NCBI GenBank assembly: GCA_963850905.1
Contig: CAWKMU010000003.1
Span: 2,304,001-2,368,000 of the forward strand
Origin: an uncultured Gemmatimonadales bacterium
Lineage (GTDB): Bacteria; Gemmatimonadota; Gemmatimonadetes; Gemmatimonadales; Gemmatimonadaceae
Direction: 5' to 3'
Length of the DNA stretch: 64,000 nt
Positions 24,461 to 34,265 of this stretch are shown one piece after another. How positions within the stretch are numbered: position 1 is the first letter of the stretch; the number at the start of each line of letters is the position of its first letter. The notes below the pieces were generated by a model. It was not told where the DNA came from and ran no database searches. It saw nothing but the letters and a program-made list of their open reading frames with translations. Both the position numbers and the translations under genes were made by a program.

Positions 24461-25249
24461 ATGAGACATGCTTGGACCGCCGTCGGGCTGCTGGTCGCCG
24501 CGCCAGTGCTGCCGCCGGTGACATCGGCGGCGCAGAGCGCACCTGCCGCGCAGAGCGAGTGGCGCACCCCCTGGAGCTACGAGGGCGCACACGGGGCCGA
24601 CCATTGGGGAGATCTGGATCCCGAGTATGCCACATGCAAGACTGGGAGGCAGCAATCTCCCATCGATATCCGCGGTGCCACCAAAGCCAGGCTCGAGCCC
24701 CTGCGCTTCGAGTACAAGGGCGCCCCGCTCGCGCACTTCGTCAACAATGGCTACACCGTTCGCGTGAACTACCCGGCCGGCAACGGCAATGTCCTCGTGG
24801 TGGGGGACACGCGCTACGAGCTCACCCAGTTCCACTTCCACCGCCCCAGTGAGGAGTACGTCGACGGGAAACCGTTCGATATGGTCATCCACCTGATGCA
24901 TCGCGCGAGCGACGGACACATCGTCGGCGTCGCCGTGCTGGTCACGAGTGGCCGCGCGAACAGCACCGTCGAGCAACTGTGGGCGCACATGCCGCAGAAA
25001 CCGGGCGACGACGTGGCGGCTCCGGGTGTCGAGATCAATCCCGCTGGCCTGCTACCATCTGGCGCCGCCTACTATGCGTACCAAGGCTCGCTCACGGCGC
25101 CGCCATGCCGAGAGGGTGTAACATGGTACGTCCTCAAGACGCCAGTGACTCTGTCCTCCGACCAGATCCGCGCGTTCGCCACCCTGTACCCGCACGACGT
25201 GCGGCCGCTGCAGCCTCTCAACGGGCGTGTCGTGCAACAGAGTGAGTGA
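24461..25249 (+). CDS. Alpha-class carbonic anhydrase, secreted
   Basis: Signal peptide, WSYEG...WG, QSPIDI, QFHFH..SE, HLMH, GSLTAPPC, RPLQPLNGR. Confidence 0.92.
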   Translation: MRHAWTAVGLLVAAPVLPPVTSAAQSAPAAQSEWRTPWSYEGAHGADHWGDLDPEYATCKTGRQQSPIDIRGATKARLEPLRFEYKGAPLAHFVNNGYTVRVNYPAGNGNVLVVGDTRYELTQFHFHRPSEEYVDGKPFDMVIHLMHRASDGHIVGVAVLVTSGRANSTVEQLWAHMPQKPGDDVAAPGVEINPAGLLPSGAAYYAYQGSLTAPPCREGVTWYVLKTPVTLSSDQIRAFATLYPHDVRPLQPLNGRVVQQSE

Positions 25250-25355
25250 ACCGGGACACACGGCACTCGCCACGTGGCTCGCCACCAATCGTCCCCCGGT
25301 TAGATTGGGCTGCGTTCTCCGGGGCCTCGAGCAAACCCACACGGGCGACATTCGA

Positions 25356-26330
25356 ATGACTGACTCGCGAAACACTCCGTGCGACCGTGCCGCTGCACGC
25401 GACCGGGATCGACGGCAGCGTTGCGCCGCGGCCGTCTTCGGCCTCCTGTGCCAATGCATCGTACCCGTGATTCGGGCACAACAACCCGTCCGTCACACCG
25501 TCGCCGCAGACGACGGCCACGTATTGACCGTTTGGGAGAAGCGGCCGACCGCGCCGCGCGGGAGCATCCTGCTCCTCCATGGTCGCACCTGGCCGGCGCT
25601 CCCCGACTTCGATCTGCAAGTGGCGAGTGATCCCGTGTCGCTCATGGACGCGTTGGTCGCTCGGGGTTTTGCGGTGTACGCCCTCGATGCACGCGGCTAT
25701 GGCGCAACACCGCGCGATTCATCCGGGTGGCTCACGCCAGATCAGGCGGCGGCAGATGCGATCACGGTGTGTCACTGGGTTGCCAAAAACTCCGGGGTGG
25801 CGGGTGCACCCGTCCTGTTCGGCTGGTCGCAGGGATCCATCGTCGGCCAATTGGCTGCCCAGCGGGCGCCGGACGCCATGTCGGCGTTGGTGTTGTTCGG
25901 GCACTTCACCTTTCCGGCGCCGTTGCCCGCCGACACGATGCACGGGCCACCCCCGCGTGTGGCGACGACCGCCACCGCCGCTGGCGAAGACTTCATCACC
26001 TCTGCGGCGACCGACCCGGCTGTCCGCAATGCGTACGTCCGAGCGGCGCTGGCCGCCCAGCCGGTGAGACCGGATTGGCGCCGCATGAGTGAATTCAATG
26101 CGCTGGATCCGGCCGCGGTCCACGTGCCGACACTCGAGCTCATGGGGGAGCGCGATCCCGTTTCGAACCAGGTACCGGGTGGCGAGGCCGTGTTCTTCGG
26201 CCGACTGGGGACGCCGGATCGCGAGTTCGTCGTCCTGCCGGGCGTCGACCACGTCGCTCTGCTGGAAAACGAACGCCAGAGGTTCGTGGAGGCGATCGTG
26301 GACTTTGTGGAACGGCCGCGCCCCCACTAG
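25356..26330 (+). CDS. Alpha/beta fold hydrolase
   Basis: LLLHGRT, ALDARGYG, nucleophile elbow GWSQG, GERD, GVDH. Confidence 0.85.
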   Translation: MTDSRNTPCDRAAARDRDRRQRCAAAVFGLLCQCIVPVIRAQQPVRHTVAADDGHVLTVWEKRPTAPRGSILLLHGRTWPALPDFDLQVASDPVSLMDALVARGFAVYALDARGYGATPRDSSGWLTPDQAAADAITVCHWVAKNSGVAGAPVLFGWSQGSIVGQLAAQRAPDAMSALVLFGHFTFPAPLPADTMHGPPPRVATTATAAGEDFITSAATDPAVRNAYVRAALAAQPVRPDWRRMSEFNALDPAAVHVPTLELMGERDPVSNQVPGGEAVFFGRLGTPDREFVVLPGVDHVALLENERQRFVEAIVDFVERPRPH

Positions 26331-26344
26331 AGGCGCAAAACCGG

Positions 26345-27232
26345 CTACGCCCCGGCTGCGACGGTCTTGCGCGCCTCCGCGAGTCGGGCGCGCAGGCCCG
26401 GCACGGCGCTCGCCGTCGTAGGGTTGGCCGCCAGGCGATTGATCGCCTGATTGATCGTGTCGAGACCGAGCGTTAAACCGAACCGCGTCGTCGCTCGGCT
26501 CAGAGCGCTCTGGAAGGCAGGATCTGCCTGCAGCTCGGTTTCGCCGAGTGCTTGCGCCTTCGAGACGAGGTCGGTGAGCACCGATACGGCTCGAGCGGCG
26601 TTGGCAGGCGAGGTGAGATCCTGACCTTTGGTGAATTGCTCGATTTCCGGTAGGCTGGTCGCGAACTGGCGCATCGCGTCGGCCTGAGCGGCGTTTCGCG
26701 GATGGGTTGAATGCATGAGTGCCTGCGCCGCTCCCATCATCGCGAATGGCGCGAGTGCGGCATGGCTCACCAACGGCGCGCCGGAGAACACGCCCCCGAA
26801 CGCCAGGCCGGCGAAGAGCAGCGCGCCCAGCCCGTGAAACATGTGCAGGGTCGTCCCTCCAACGCGGAATATGCCGCCGACGATTGGACGTAGCGGTACG
26901 AGAGCCAGGCCGCCCGCTGCAAGCAAGCTGACGAGCGCCGGCGCCGACTGGCCCAGGAGCTTGTAGTGCTGATGCGCACCCAAGGCAAACAGGGCACCCG
27001 CGACGCATAGGCCATAGAAGACGAGCCGATGCGCGGTCGGATGCGGGACGCGCGCGCGCGGCGAGTACTGCTGCAGTGCCTGCTGCTGCACCGAGCGCTG
27101 CTTCACCTTGCGGCCGTTGATGATGACGTCGGAGCCAAGATCCATAACCCAATGCCTCGCGCCCAAGATTGCGTATCGAACACTACACGCCCACTCATCT
27201 CGCGTCCAATACTTTGCCCGAACCACGTCCAT
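26345..27232 (-). CDS. Hypothetical membrane protein (about 4 TM plus helical C-terminal domain); start uncertain
   Basis: Long ORF with hydrophobic segments and protein-like composition. Confidence 0.6.
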   Translation of the reverse strand: MDVVRAKYWTRDEWACSVRYAILGARHWVMDLGSDVIINGRKVKQRSVQQQALQQYSPRARVPHPTAHRLVFYGLCVAGALFALGAHQHYKLLGQSAPALVSLLAAGGLALVPLRPIVGGIFRVGGTTLHMFHGLGALLFAGLAFGGVFSGAPLVSHAALAPFAMMGAAQALMHSTHPRNAAQADAMRQFATSLPEIEQFTKGQDLTSPANAARAVSVLTDLVSKAQALGETELQADPAFQSALSRATTRFGLTLGLDTINQAINRLAANPTTASAVPGLRARLAEARKTVAAGA

Positions 27233-27407
27233 AGGCTTTGACTATCGGCCGCCGTGGCGGACGGCGGCAGGCGCGCCCGCGCACCGCGCGATAGTGCCGC
27301 AATGAGCTCAAGGTCTGATGAGCTGAGGCGTACGTCGAATGCGTTAACCTAGAAGCTTGCGGACGCATCGTGTGCGGCCACGCCTTGGTTGGGGATCCGT
27401 AGGCGTC

Positions 27408-28076
27408 ATGAAACTGTGTGGACTCGTCGCAAGCATCCTGCTCCTGGGCGCCACGCAGGCGCGAGCGCAAAAGGCCGATAGTATAAGTCGCCCAGCAGCG
27501 TCTCCGTCGGTCGGTAGCACCAACGGCCCCGTCGGCCCGACCGACGCCGACACCGCTGTGGCGATCCCGCGTTGCTGGCTCGGCTGCAGAAATTCGCTCC
27601 AGCGGAAAGGCCCCGCGGAGTGGGCGGGTACGGCGCGATCCCGCATGGACACACTCGAGTCGCACCTGAGTCGAAAACATCACCCACTCGCCGCCGCGGC
27701 AGTCGGGGCCAGCGCGGCGGCGTCAGGCGGAGCTGCTGCGACGACCGCCGAATCGAACGGCGATGTGAGCGTCAAACCCGCGAGTCCCGCCGCCGCCGCG
27801 TCCGAGGTCGAAACGCAACGATTCTTGATCGAAGAGTGGCGGCGATCAGAACTGAGCATCGCCGACAGCTTGCACCATGCTGTTCTCGTCCGGATCTCAC
27901 GCCTTTTTGATTCGGCTCAGCGCGCGACGGTGTCGCCGGACGATCGGCTGCGGATCGACCGGCAAATAGACGGCATCAATTCGATCAATCAGATGACCTG
28001 GCTCCAGCGACGGGTCGCCATTTATCGTCAGGCCGACAGCGCGATCGAGGCGATACCGGGGACATCCTCGCACTAA
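27408..28076 (+). CDS. Secreted hypothetical protein, CWLGC family paralogue 2
   Basis: Signal peptide (ILLLGATQARA|Q); strong similarity to 19770-20438. Confidence 0.75.
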   Translation: MKLCGLVASILLLGATQARAQKADSISRPAASPSVGSTNGPVGPTDADTAVAIPRCWLGCRNSLQRKGPAEWAGTARSRMDTLESHLSRKHHPLAAAAVGASAAASGGAAATTAESNGDVSVKPASPAAAASEVETQRFLIEEWRRSELSIADSLHHAVLVRISRLFDSAQRATVSPDDRLRIDRQIDGINSINQMTWLQRRVAIYRQADSAIEAIPGTSSH

Positions 28077-28100
28077 GGCTGCAGGGACCACGACGTCCAG

Positions 28101-29759
28101 TCATCCGACCGTAGCCGCTGCGGCAATCCCGGCGGCACGACCGGAAAACAGGCAGCCGCCGAGAAAGCTGCCTTCGAGCGCACGGTACCCGTGCATCCCA
28201 CCCCCTCCGAACCCGGCCACCTCTCCCGCCGCGTAGAGACCTGCGATCGGAGTACCGGTCGGTGCCAGGACGCGACTCGACAGGTCGGTCTGTAAGCCCC
28301 CAAGCGTCTTGCGGGTCAACACCCAGAGCCTCACCGCGATCAGCGGGCCGACCTCCGGGTCGAGAATGCGGTGCGGAGCGGCGGTGCGAATGAGACGGTC
28401 ACCCCAATATCGTCGTGCTGAATGGAGGGCGACGATCTGCGCGTCCTTGGCAAATGCATTCGCGATCTCGCGATCCCGAGCCCGAATGACGTCCTCGATC
28501 TGTTCTGCGTCGAGCAGCGGCGCGCCGACGAGCGTGTTCATGCCGCGAACGAGGTCTGTCAGCTGGCGCTCGACGATGAAGTCGACGCCCTGGCGCCTGA
28601 AGGCTTCGACGGGACCCGGCGCGTTGCCTCCTCGCCTCCGGCCCAACACCTGACGCCAACTGCGGCTCGCGATGTCGGGATTCTGCTCGGAGCCAGAGAG
28701 TCCGAACTCGCGCGCGAGGATCTTTTGCGAGAGAATCAGCCACGAGTGGTCGAAGCCAACGTTTCGCAAATAGGCGAGCGTGCCGAGGGTATCGAAGCCG
28801 GGAAAGAGCGGCGCTGGGAGACGATTGCCGCGCGCGTCGAGCCAGATGGAAGAAGGTCCGGCGAGAATCCGGATGCCGTGGCGCGGCCAGATCGGGTTCC
28901 AGTTCTCGACGCCCTCGACATAGTGCCACATGCGGTCCCGATTGATGACCGAGCCGCCGGCGGCTTCCGTGATCGCGAGCATCTGCCCATCGACTGAGGC
29001 TGGGACGCCGCAAAGCATACGCGTGGGCGCTGATCCGAGCCGGGCCGGCCAGCACGCACGCACCAGGTCGTGGTTGCCGCCGATGCCGCCGGACGCGACG
29101 ATCACGGCCTGGGCCCGCATCTCGAAATCTCCAACGACCACCCGGGAGCTGGGTGCACCACGTGCGACTTCGCTCGCCTCGAGAATCTCCCCCCGCACGC
29201 CATCGATCGCGCCACCGGTCAGCGTCAATCCCGTGACGCGATGACGAAATCGCAAAGTGATCCGGCCGCGTTGTTCCGCCTCACGCACGAGGCGGACGAA
29301 GGGCTCGAGCACACCCGGTCCCGTTCCCCAGGCAATGTGGAAGCGTGGCACCGAGTTCCCGTGTTGCGTGGCCAGCCCGCCGCCGCGCTCTGCCCAGCCA
29401 ACCACCGGGAAGAATCGCAAGCCAAGCGCCCGCAGCCAGGCGCGCTTCTCCCCGGACGCCCATGCGACGTACGCCTCGGCCCATCGACGCGGCCAGACGT
29501 CCTCTTGACGATCAAAGGCCGCCGAGCCCAGCCAGTCTTGCAGCGCCAGCTCCGGTGTGTCGCGAACACCAAGTCGACGCTGCTCAGGCGAGTTGACGAG
29601 AAACAGCCCGCCAAGGGACCAGAAGGCTTGGCCACCGAGCGCTACCTCGGATTCTTGGTCGACGATGACGACCCGGCGGCCTGCCGCTGCAAGTTCCGCG
29701 GCGGCGACGAGGCCGGCTAACCCAGCGCCGACGACGACTGCATCACACTCCGATCGCAT
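28101..29759 (-). CDS. FAD-binding dehydrogenase (KsdD-like/FAD_binding_2)
   Basis: VVGAGLAGL, GGQAFWSLGG, HGNSVPRFH, TRKTLGG, GMHGYRALEGSFLGGC. Confidence 0.88.
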   Translation of the reverse strand: MRSECDAVVVGAGLAGLVAAAELAAAGRRVVIVDQESEVALGGQAFWSLGGLFLVNSPEQRRLGVRDTPELALQDWLGSAAFDRQEDVWPRRWAEAYVAWASGEKRAWLRALGLRFFPVVGWAERGGGLATQHGNSVPRFHIAWGTGPGVLEPFVRLVREAEQRGRITLRFRHRVTGLTLTGGAIDGVRGEILEASEVARGAPSSRVVVGDFEMRAQAVIVASGGIGGNHDLVRACWPARLGSAPTRMLCGVPASVDGQMLAITEAAGGSVINRDRMWHYVEGVENWNPIWPRHGIRILAGPSSIWLDARGNRLPAPLFPGFDTLGTLAYLRNVGFDHSWLILSQKILAREFGLSGSEQNPDIASRSWRQVLGRRRGGNAPGPVEAFRRQGVDFIVERQLTDLVRGMNTLVGAPLLDAEQIEDVIRARDREIANAFAKDAQIVALHSARRYWGDRLIRTAAPHRILDPEVGPLIAVRLWVLTRKTLGGLQTDLSSRVLAPTGTPIAGLYAAGEVAGFGGGGMHGYRALEGSFLGGCLFSGRAAGIAAAATVG

Positions 29760-29987
29760 GGCGAAGCGGTAAACCCTCGTCAGTCTGGTACGCCAACAGC
29801 CCGTCGTGCCCGGCTACGAGTTCAGAGCAGACCCGGCTAGCATCGGCTGTGAGTCGCGGAAATGTCTTCCGCGACACTGTTGCTGAGCAAGAGCCGACCG
29901 CAAGACCCGGCGCCATACGGAGAGGCTTTCGCGGGTTCGAACCGTTCCTTACGTTGAGCGCTGAAGGTGAGATCAGGGAGTCGAGGC

Positions 29988-30518
29988 ATGCTGGTTTCGT
30001 CGATTGTACCAGCACGACCCCGCGCGATCGGCATCGTCGCGTCCGGCGCCGCGGTGCTTGTCTCTGCGCTCGCGAGCTGCACGCTCAATCCGACCCAGCC
30101 TGCGCAAACCGACTGGGCGCGGGCCATCGCGAACGGCGCGATTCCCGGTGCCACCGTCTCCGGCGGCGGCCTGTACCTGCCAGGCCACCTGGCCTGCATT
30201 GTCGCGGAGATACGCGACGCGCGTGCGCCGTGGAGTGATGCGTATCAGGCGGTGTACACGGCAGCGATCGGGCAACGCTCGCACATCGCGACGCCCGTGG
30301 TGAACTACGACGTGCCGGGCTACTACGAGGACCCCTCTGCGTTCAACACGGCCGTTACCCCAATCACGACTGATGCTGACGCCGCCTATGAGCTCGCGGC
30401 GATCTATGCGATGAGCGGTGACACGAGTTTTGCGGCACCATCTGCGGCCATCTGCTCTTCGCTCGGCCGAGCTCCGACCCCGGGTGCGAGTCGACCGGCC
30501 ACCCACGCCGCGGGATGA
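29988..30518 (+). pseudogene. Truncated alginate-lyase-like lipoprotein (N-terminal part only)
   Basis: Lipobox LASC; APWSDAY...VPGYYED...DADAAYELAAIYAMSGDTSFA resembles the N-terminal helices of (alpha/alpha)n alginate lyases, then degenerates with no room for the catalytic part. Confidence 0.45.
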
Positions 30519-30538
30519 TTCGGCCCGCGGAGCTACCG

Positions 30539-30829
30539 TCAGCCGCCGAGTCCGCCCTGGCGCATTTGCGGGATGGATTGTCGAGGCACTCCGAGCAAGG
30601 CATCGCACACCTCGCAGACTTGCACCAGCAGCCCGCCAACCACAAACCGCGTACGTGGAAACTCGAGCGCGCGGCGTACCAGGCGCGCGCGAACGAAGTC
30701 GCGGCATGAGGGGCATACAGCGGACGCCGTATCACCCTCGGTCCAAGGCGTCTCCAAGGCGCGTCTCCTTTTCGAGGCAGTGGTAGGGAAGCGTGCAGCC
30801 CTGTCCACTGAGGACGACTCGCGGGCCAA
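30539..30829 (-). CDS. Zinc-ribbon protein, YgiT/MqsA N-terminal-like
   Basis: GDTASAVCPSC...LLVQVCEVCD...VPRQS with two CxxC motifs. Confidence 0.6.
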   Translation of the reverse strand: MARESSSVDRAARFPTTASKRRRALETPWTEGDTASAVCPSCRDFVRARLVRRALEFPRTRFVVGGLLVQVCEVCDALLGVPRQSIPQMRQGGLGG

Positions 30830-30888
30830 GAGTTTTCAGAGAAGCCAGAACCCATCCCTTCGGGATTGGGGATTTGGGAGCCAATGAC

Positions 30889-33800
30889 CTACGGTGCCCT
30901 GCACGCAGGATCGGTCGGCACGGTCGTCGCTGGCAGCTGAGCGAGATGCGCTTGCGCCAGAGCGGCGTTCACCGCCGGCGTGTCCGTCGCCTGCAACTGC
31001 TGAAGGCCTCCAAGCGCCGCGTCGATCGTTCGGCAATCCACTTCCACCGCGGCGACGTCACTCGACGTCGGATCCAGATCGCCGAACTCCATGTCCTCGA
31101 GGTGGCGGGTGAGGTCTCGGTTCGCCGGGCCAAAGCCCCTGTCCCCCGCGCTGGCCAGCGCGGCGAGGTGGCCATCGAAGGCCCGCAACTGCGACACCAG
31201 CAGTGAGTCGGCGCCTCCGCGGTGCGCGGCAAGCGTATCCGCGGTGAGTGCGTCACGCATGCGCTGAATCGAGTTGAACTGCGCGAAGCTGACGGCGATC
31301 GCGGATACCATCTGGAGTTGCAGATTGAGCTGCGACACGAGCGCGGCTTGGGTGACAGGGATTCGCGGATCGTTCTCGATGTTCAGCTCCTGCGCGTACG
31401 TGCGCCCGCCCGTCCGCAATTCGATGCGGTAGATACCGGGTACCACCAGGGGGCCGCTCGGTTGCACACGCGGCGTTTCGCCCTTGATCGCGTGGATATT
31501 GAGTGTGTACTCCCGGTAGTCGAGGAGATCACCGAAATAACTGTAGTTCAGCGGCGTCGGTGGCGGATAACGGAGATCCCAGGCAATGCGGTGCATGCCC
31601 GGCGACGTCGCGAGAACCGTCGGCGGCGCGAACCAGTATTCGGCGATGTTCGGCCGGACCGTGTCGGGCGGCGGCACCACGCTCGAGAACTCCCGAATCA
31701 GGTGATTGGCGCCGTCGTACACCGAGAGCGTGACCAGGCCATCCGCAGGCGCTTTGAGGTAGTAGTCGATGATCGCCCCCTCAGGCGGGTTGTCGCCCGC
31801 CGGCACCTCGGGTGGAAGCGGCGTATCCTGGATGTTGTCCCCCCGGACCCGATATGCGGTCTGGGGGCGAAACAGATAGGCGGGTGATGTGCTGGCCGCT
31901 ACCGCTCGAACCTGACGCAGCGGCGTGAGATCATCCAGGATCCACAGCGCGCGGCCGTAAGTGGAGATAGCCAGATCGTTGCCATGGACATCGATGTCGG
32001 TCACGACCGTGTTGGGCAGGTTGAGTTGCAGCGACTGCCAATGGTCGCCACGATCGAACGACACCCACATCCCGGTCACTGTGCCAGCGTAGAGCAGATC
32101 GGGATCCGCAGGATCCTCGCGCACCACGCGGACGCCGGCGGTCTGCGGCAACCCAGCCACGATCAGCTGCCAGTGCGCACCGAAATCGCGCGTCCTATAG
32201 ATGTATGGGTGGTCGTCCGAGTTGTTCTCGACGGCGGCGTACGCCGTGCCCGCACTGTCGTGCGAGGCCTCGACGATGTTCACTCGCGTCGCACCGGGGC
32301 GTTGCGACATGTCAGCCGGAGTCACGTTCGTCCACGTCGCCCCTCCATCGCGCGTCACCTGAATCAATCCGTTGCTCGTGCCCACCCAGATCTCGCCCGC
32401 GGCCACCGCCGACGGGGCGAGGGTGGCGATTGAGTGAGTGCGGGGGGAGACGGCGCGGCCGCTGTCGCGAGCGCCTGGCTCGGTCGTGAGGTCTGGGCTC
32501 ATCCGGCGCCAATCGCGGGCGCCGTCGTTCGAGACCAGCACGTACTGCGCGCCCATGTAGAGGACGTGCGGGTCTTGTGTCGAGAACGCCAGTGGCGGCG
32601 CTGCCCCAAACCGATCCTCCCGGGACGGTGTGTAGAACACTGCGACCTGACCCGTCTCCCGGTCGTACCGTCGCAAGACGTGGTACCATCCCTGTGTGAA
32701 CACCCACCGGTCGTCGAGCGGGTCGGTGACGATATATCCGTCCTCGAACCCACCGACCGGGTACCAGTCGTTGTCCCGTATGGCACCGAAGTCGCTCCGA
32801 CTCAGGACGCATGCCGTGCCGCTGTCCTGCTGCGCCGCGCACACGCGGTACGGGAAGTGGCTGTCCGTCGACACGTGGTAGAACTGTCCGTTCGGGAGAT
32901 TGTACCACGGCGTCCACGTTTCGCCGCCGTCGACGGTGACGGTCGGCCCCTGATCTACCCCCATGAGCATCCGCTTGGGGTTCGTAGGGTCGATCCAGAG
33001 ATCGCGCACATCATCCCCGCCGGGCGATCCCTTGAAGGCGGCGACGGTGTGTCCGCCATCGATAGATCGGTACATCGCCGTGCCCATGAGGTAGATCACG
33101 TCCGGGTTCTTGGGATCGACGTAAATCGGGCCGCCTCCTGCACTGAGGATGTGGGTTGTAGCGACACGCCACGTTGCGCCGCCGTCGTCGGACCGATAGA
33201 GCCCCGTGGCATCCCGGCCTCGGACGTGGGCCTCGGCGTACAGGCGCTGACCCTGCGTCCCCGATGCCACTGCGACGGCAAAGCCCGCTGCGTTGCTCGG
33301 CAGTCCGCGCCCTGGCACGGGCCGCCAGGTCGCGCCGCCGTCAACAGACTTGTATATGCCGGATCCGTGAGCGGACGCCGACTCCGGTCCCGCAGATGTA
33401 GCGAAGAACACCTGCCGCTCGAATGTCGCATACACGACGCGCGGGTCTGCGTAGTCGACGGCGAGTCCGGTGACACCGGTGTTGGCGTCCTTGAAGAGCA
33501 CGCGCGTCCACGTGTGTCCGCCGTCGGCGGTTCGATACACGCCGCGTGCGGGGTAGGCGCCGCCGTCGTATTCGCGGGCACCGATCGCGGCAACCAACAC
33601 CACGTCTGGGCGGTGAGGATCAACCACGATCGACGTGATGTATCGTGTGCTGTCGAGTCCCATCTTGCGCCACGTTTTGCCGGCGTCGACCGATTTGTAC
33701 ACGCCGTTGCCCGGGGTGAAGGACCAGCCCGTCGGATCACCGGTGCCGACATAGACGATGTTGGGATTGGATGGCGCGACGGCCACCGCTCCGATCGACG

Positions 33801-34101
33801 CCACATGTTGCTCGTCGAAGATGGGCTTCCAGACCGTGCCGCCATCGGTGCTCTTCCATACGCCCGCTTCCGGCGTGCCGATGTAGTAGACCGTCGGATC
33901 TCCAGGCACGCCGGATACTGAGTAGACGTTGCCCGCGCGGTAGGGGCCAATAGATCGCCAACGCATTCCGGCGAAAACGCTGGAGTCAACCGGTTGCGCG
34001 TCCACGGCCGGTACCAGGACAATCGCGCTCGAGATCACGATGAGTGTGAGGCCCCACGACCGCCCTGCCTCAGAGACAACGTCACGCCACCGTCGGCGCA
34101 T
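30889..34101 (-). CDS. VPS10/BNR-repeat beta-propeller protein (glycosyl hydrolase-like), secreted
   Basis: WRSIGPYRAG and many Asp-boxes (STDGGTVW, SVDAGKTW, TADGGHTW, SDDGGATW, TRDGGATW); signal peptide. Confidence 0.9.
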   Translation of the reverse strand: MRRRWRDVVSEAGRSWGLTLIVISSAIVLVPAVDAQPVDSSVFAGMRWRSIGPYRAGNVYSVSGVPGDPTVYYIGTPEAGVWKSTDGGTVWKPIFDEQHVASIGAVAVAPSNPNIVYVGTGDPTGWSFTPGNGVYKSVDAGKTWRKMGLDSTRYITSIVVDPHRPDVVLVAAIGAREYDGGAYPARGVYRTADGGHTWTRVLFKDANTGVTGLAVDYADPRVVYATFERQVFFATSAGPESASAHGSGIYKSVDGGATWRPVPGRGLPSNAAGFAVAVASGTQGQRLYAEAHVRGRDATGLYRSDDGGATWRVATTHILSAGGGPIYVDPKNPDVIYLMGTAMYRSIDGGHTVAAFKGSPGGDDVRDLWIDPTNPKRMLMGVDQGPTVTVDGGETWTPWYNLPNGQFYHVSTDSHFPYRVCAAQQDSGTACVLSRSDFGAIRDNDWYPVGGFEDGYIVTDPLDDRWVFTQGWYHVLRRYDRETGQVAVFYTPSREDRFGAAPPLAFSTQDPHVLYMGAQYVLVSNDGARDWRRMSPDLTTEPGARDSGRAVSPRTHSIATLAPSAVAAGEIWVGTSNGLIQVTRDGGATWTNVTPADMSQRPGATRVNIVEASHDSAGTAYAAVENNSDDHPYIYRTRDFGAHWQLIVAGLPQTAGVRVVREDPADPDLLYAGTVTGMWVSFDRGDHWQSLQLNLPNTVVTDIDVHGNDLAISTYGRALWILDDLTPLRQVRAVAASTSPAYLFRPQTAYRVRGDNIQDTPLPPEVPAGDNPPEGAIIDYYLKAPADGLVTLSVYDGANHLIREFSSVVPPPDTVRPNIAEYWFAPPTVLATSPGMHRIAWDLRYPPPTPLNYSYFGDLLDYREYTLNIHAIKGETPRVQPSGPLVVPGIYRIELRTGGRTYAQELNIENDPRIPVTQAALVSQLNLQLQMVSAIAVSFAQFNSIQRMRDALTADTLAAHRGGADSLLVSQLRAFDGHLAALASAGDRGFGPANRDLTRHLEDMEFGDLDPTSSDVAAVEVDCRTIDAALGGLQQLQATDTPAVNAALAQAHLAQLPATTVPTDPACRAP

Positions 34102-34265
34102 AGAAGAAATGCCTCGTGAGAATCGGCGCTCTGTCATGGCGCAGCGCCAAGAGATGTGAGAGACCGGGCGCACCCCGGTGCTATCGTGACTATACGCTAC
34201 CTCACGTCGAGGCGGCGAGCCATGAGGTTGACCGGCCCTTGCACGTCAGGTACGATGAGCGCCCG

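Noticed and set aside
27310..27345. CTGATGAG hammerhead ribozyme core
   Set aside because: No following stem II and GAAA, and no flanking helices.
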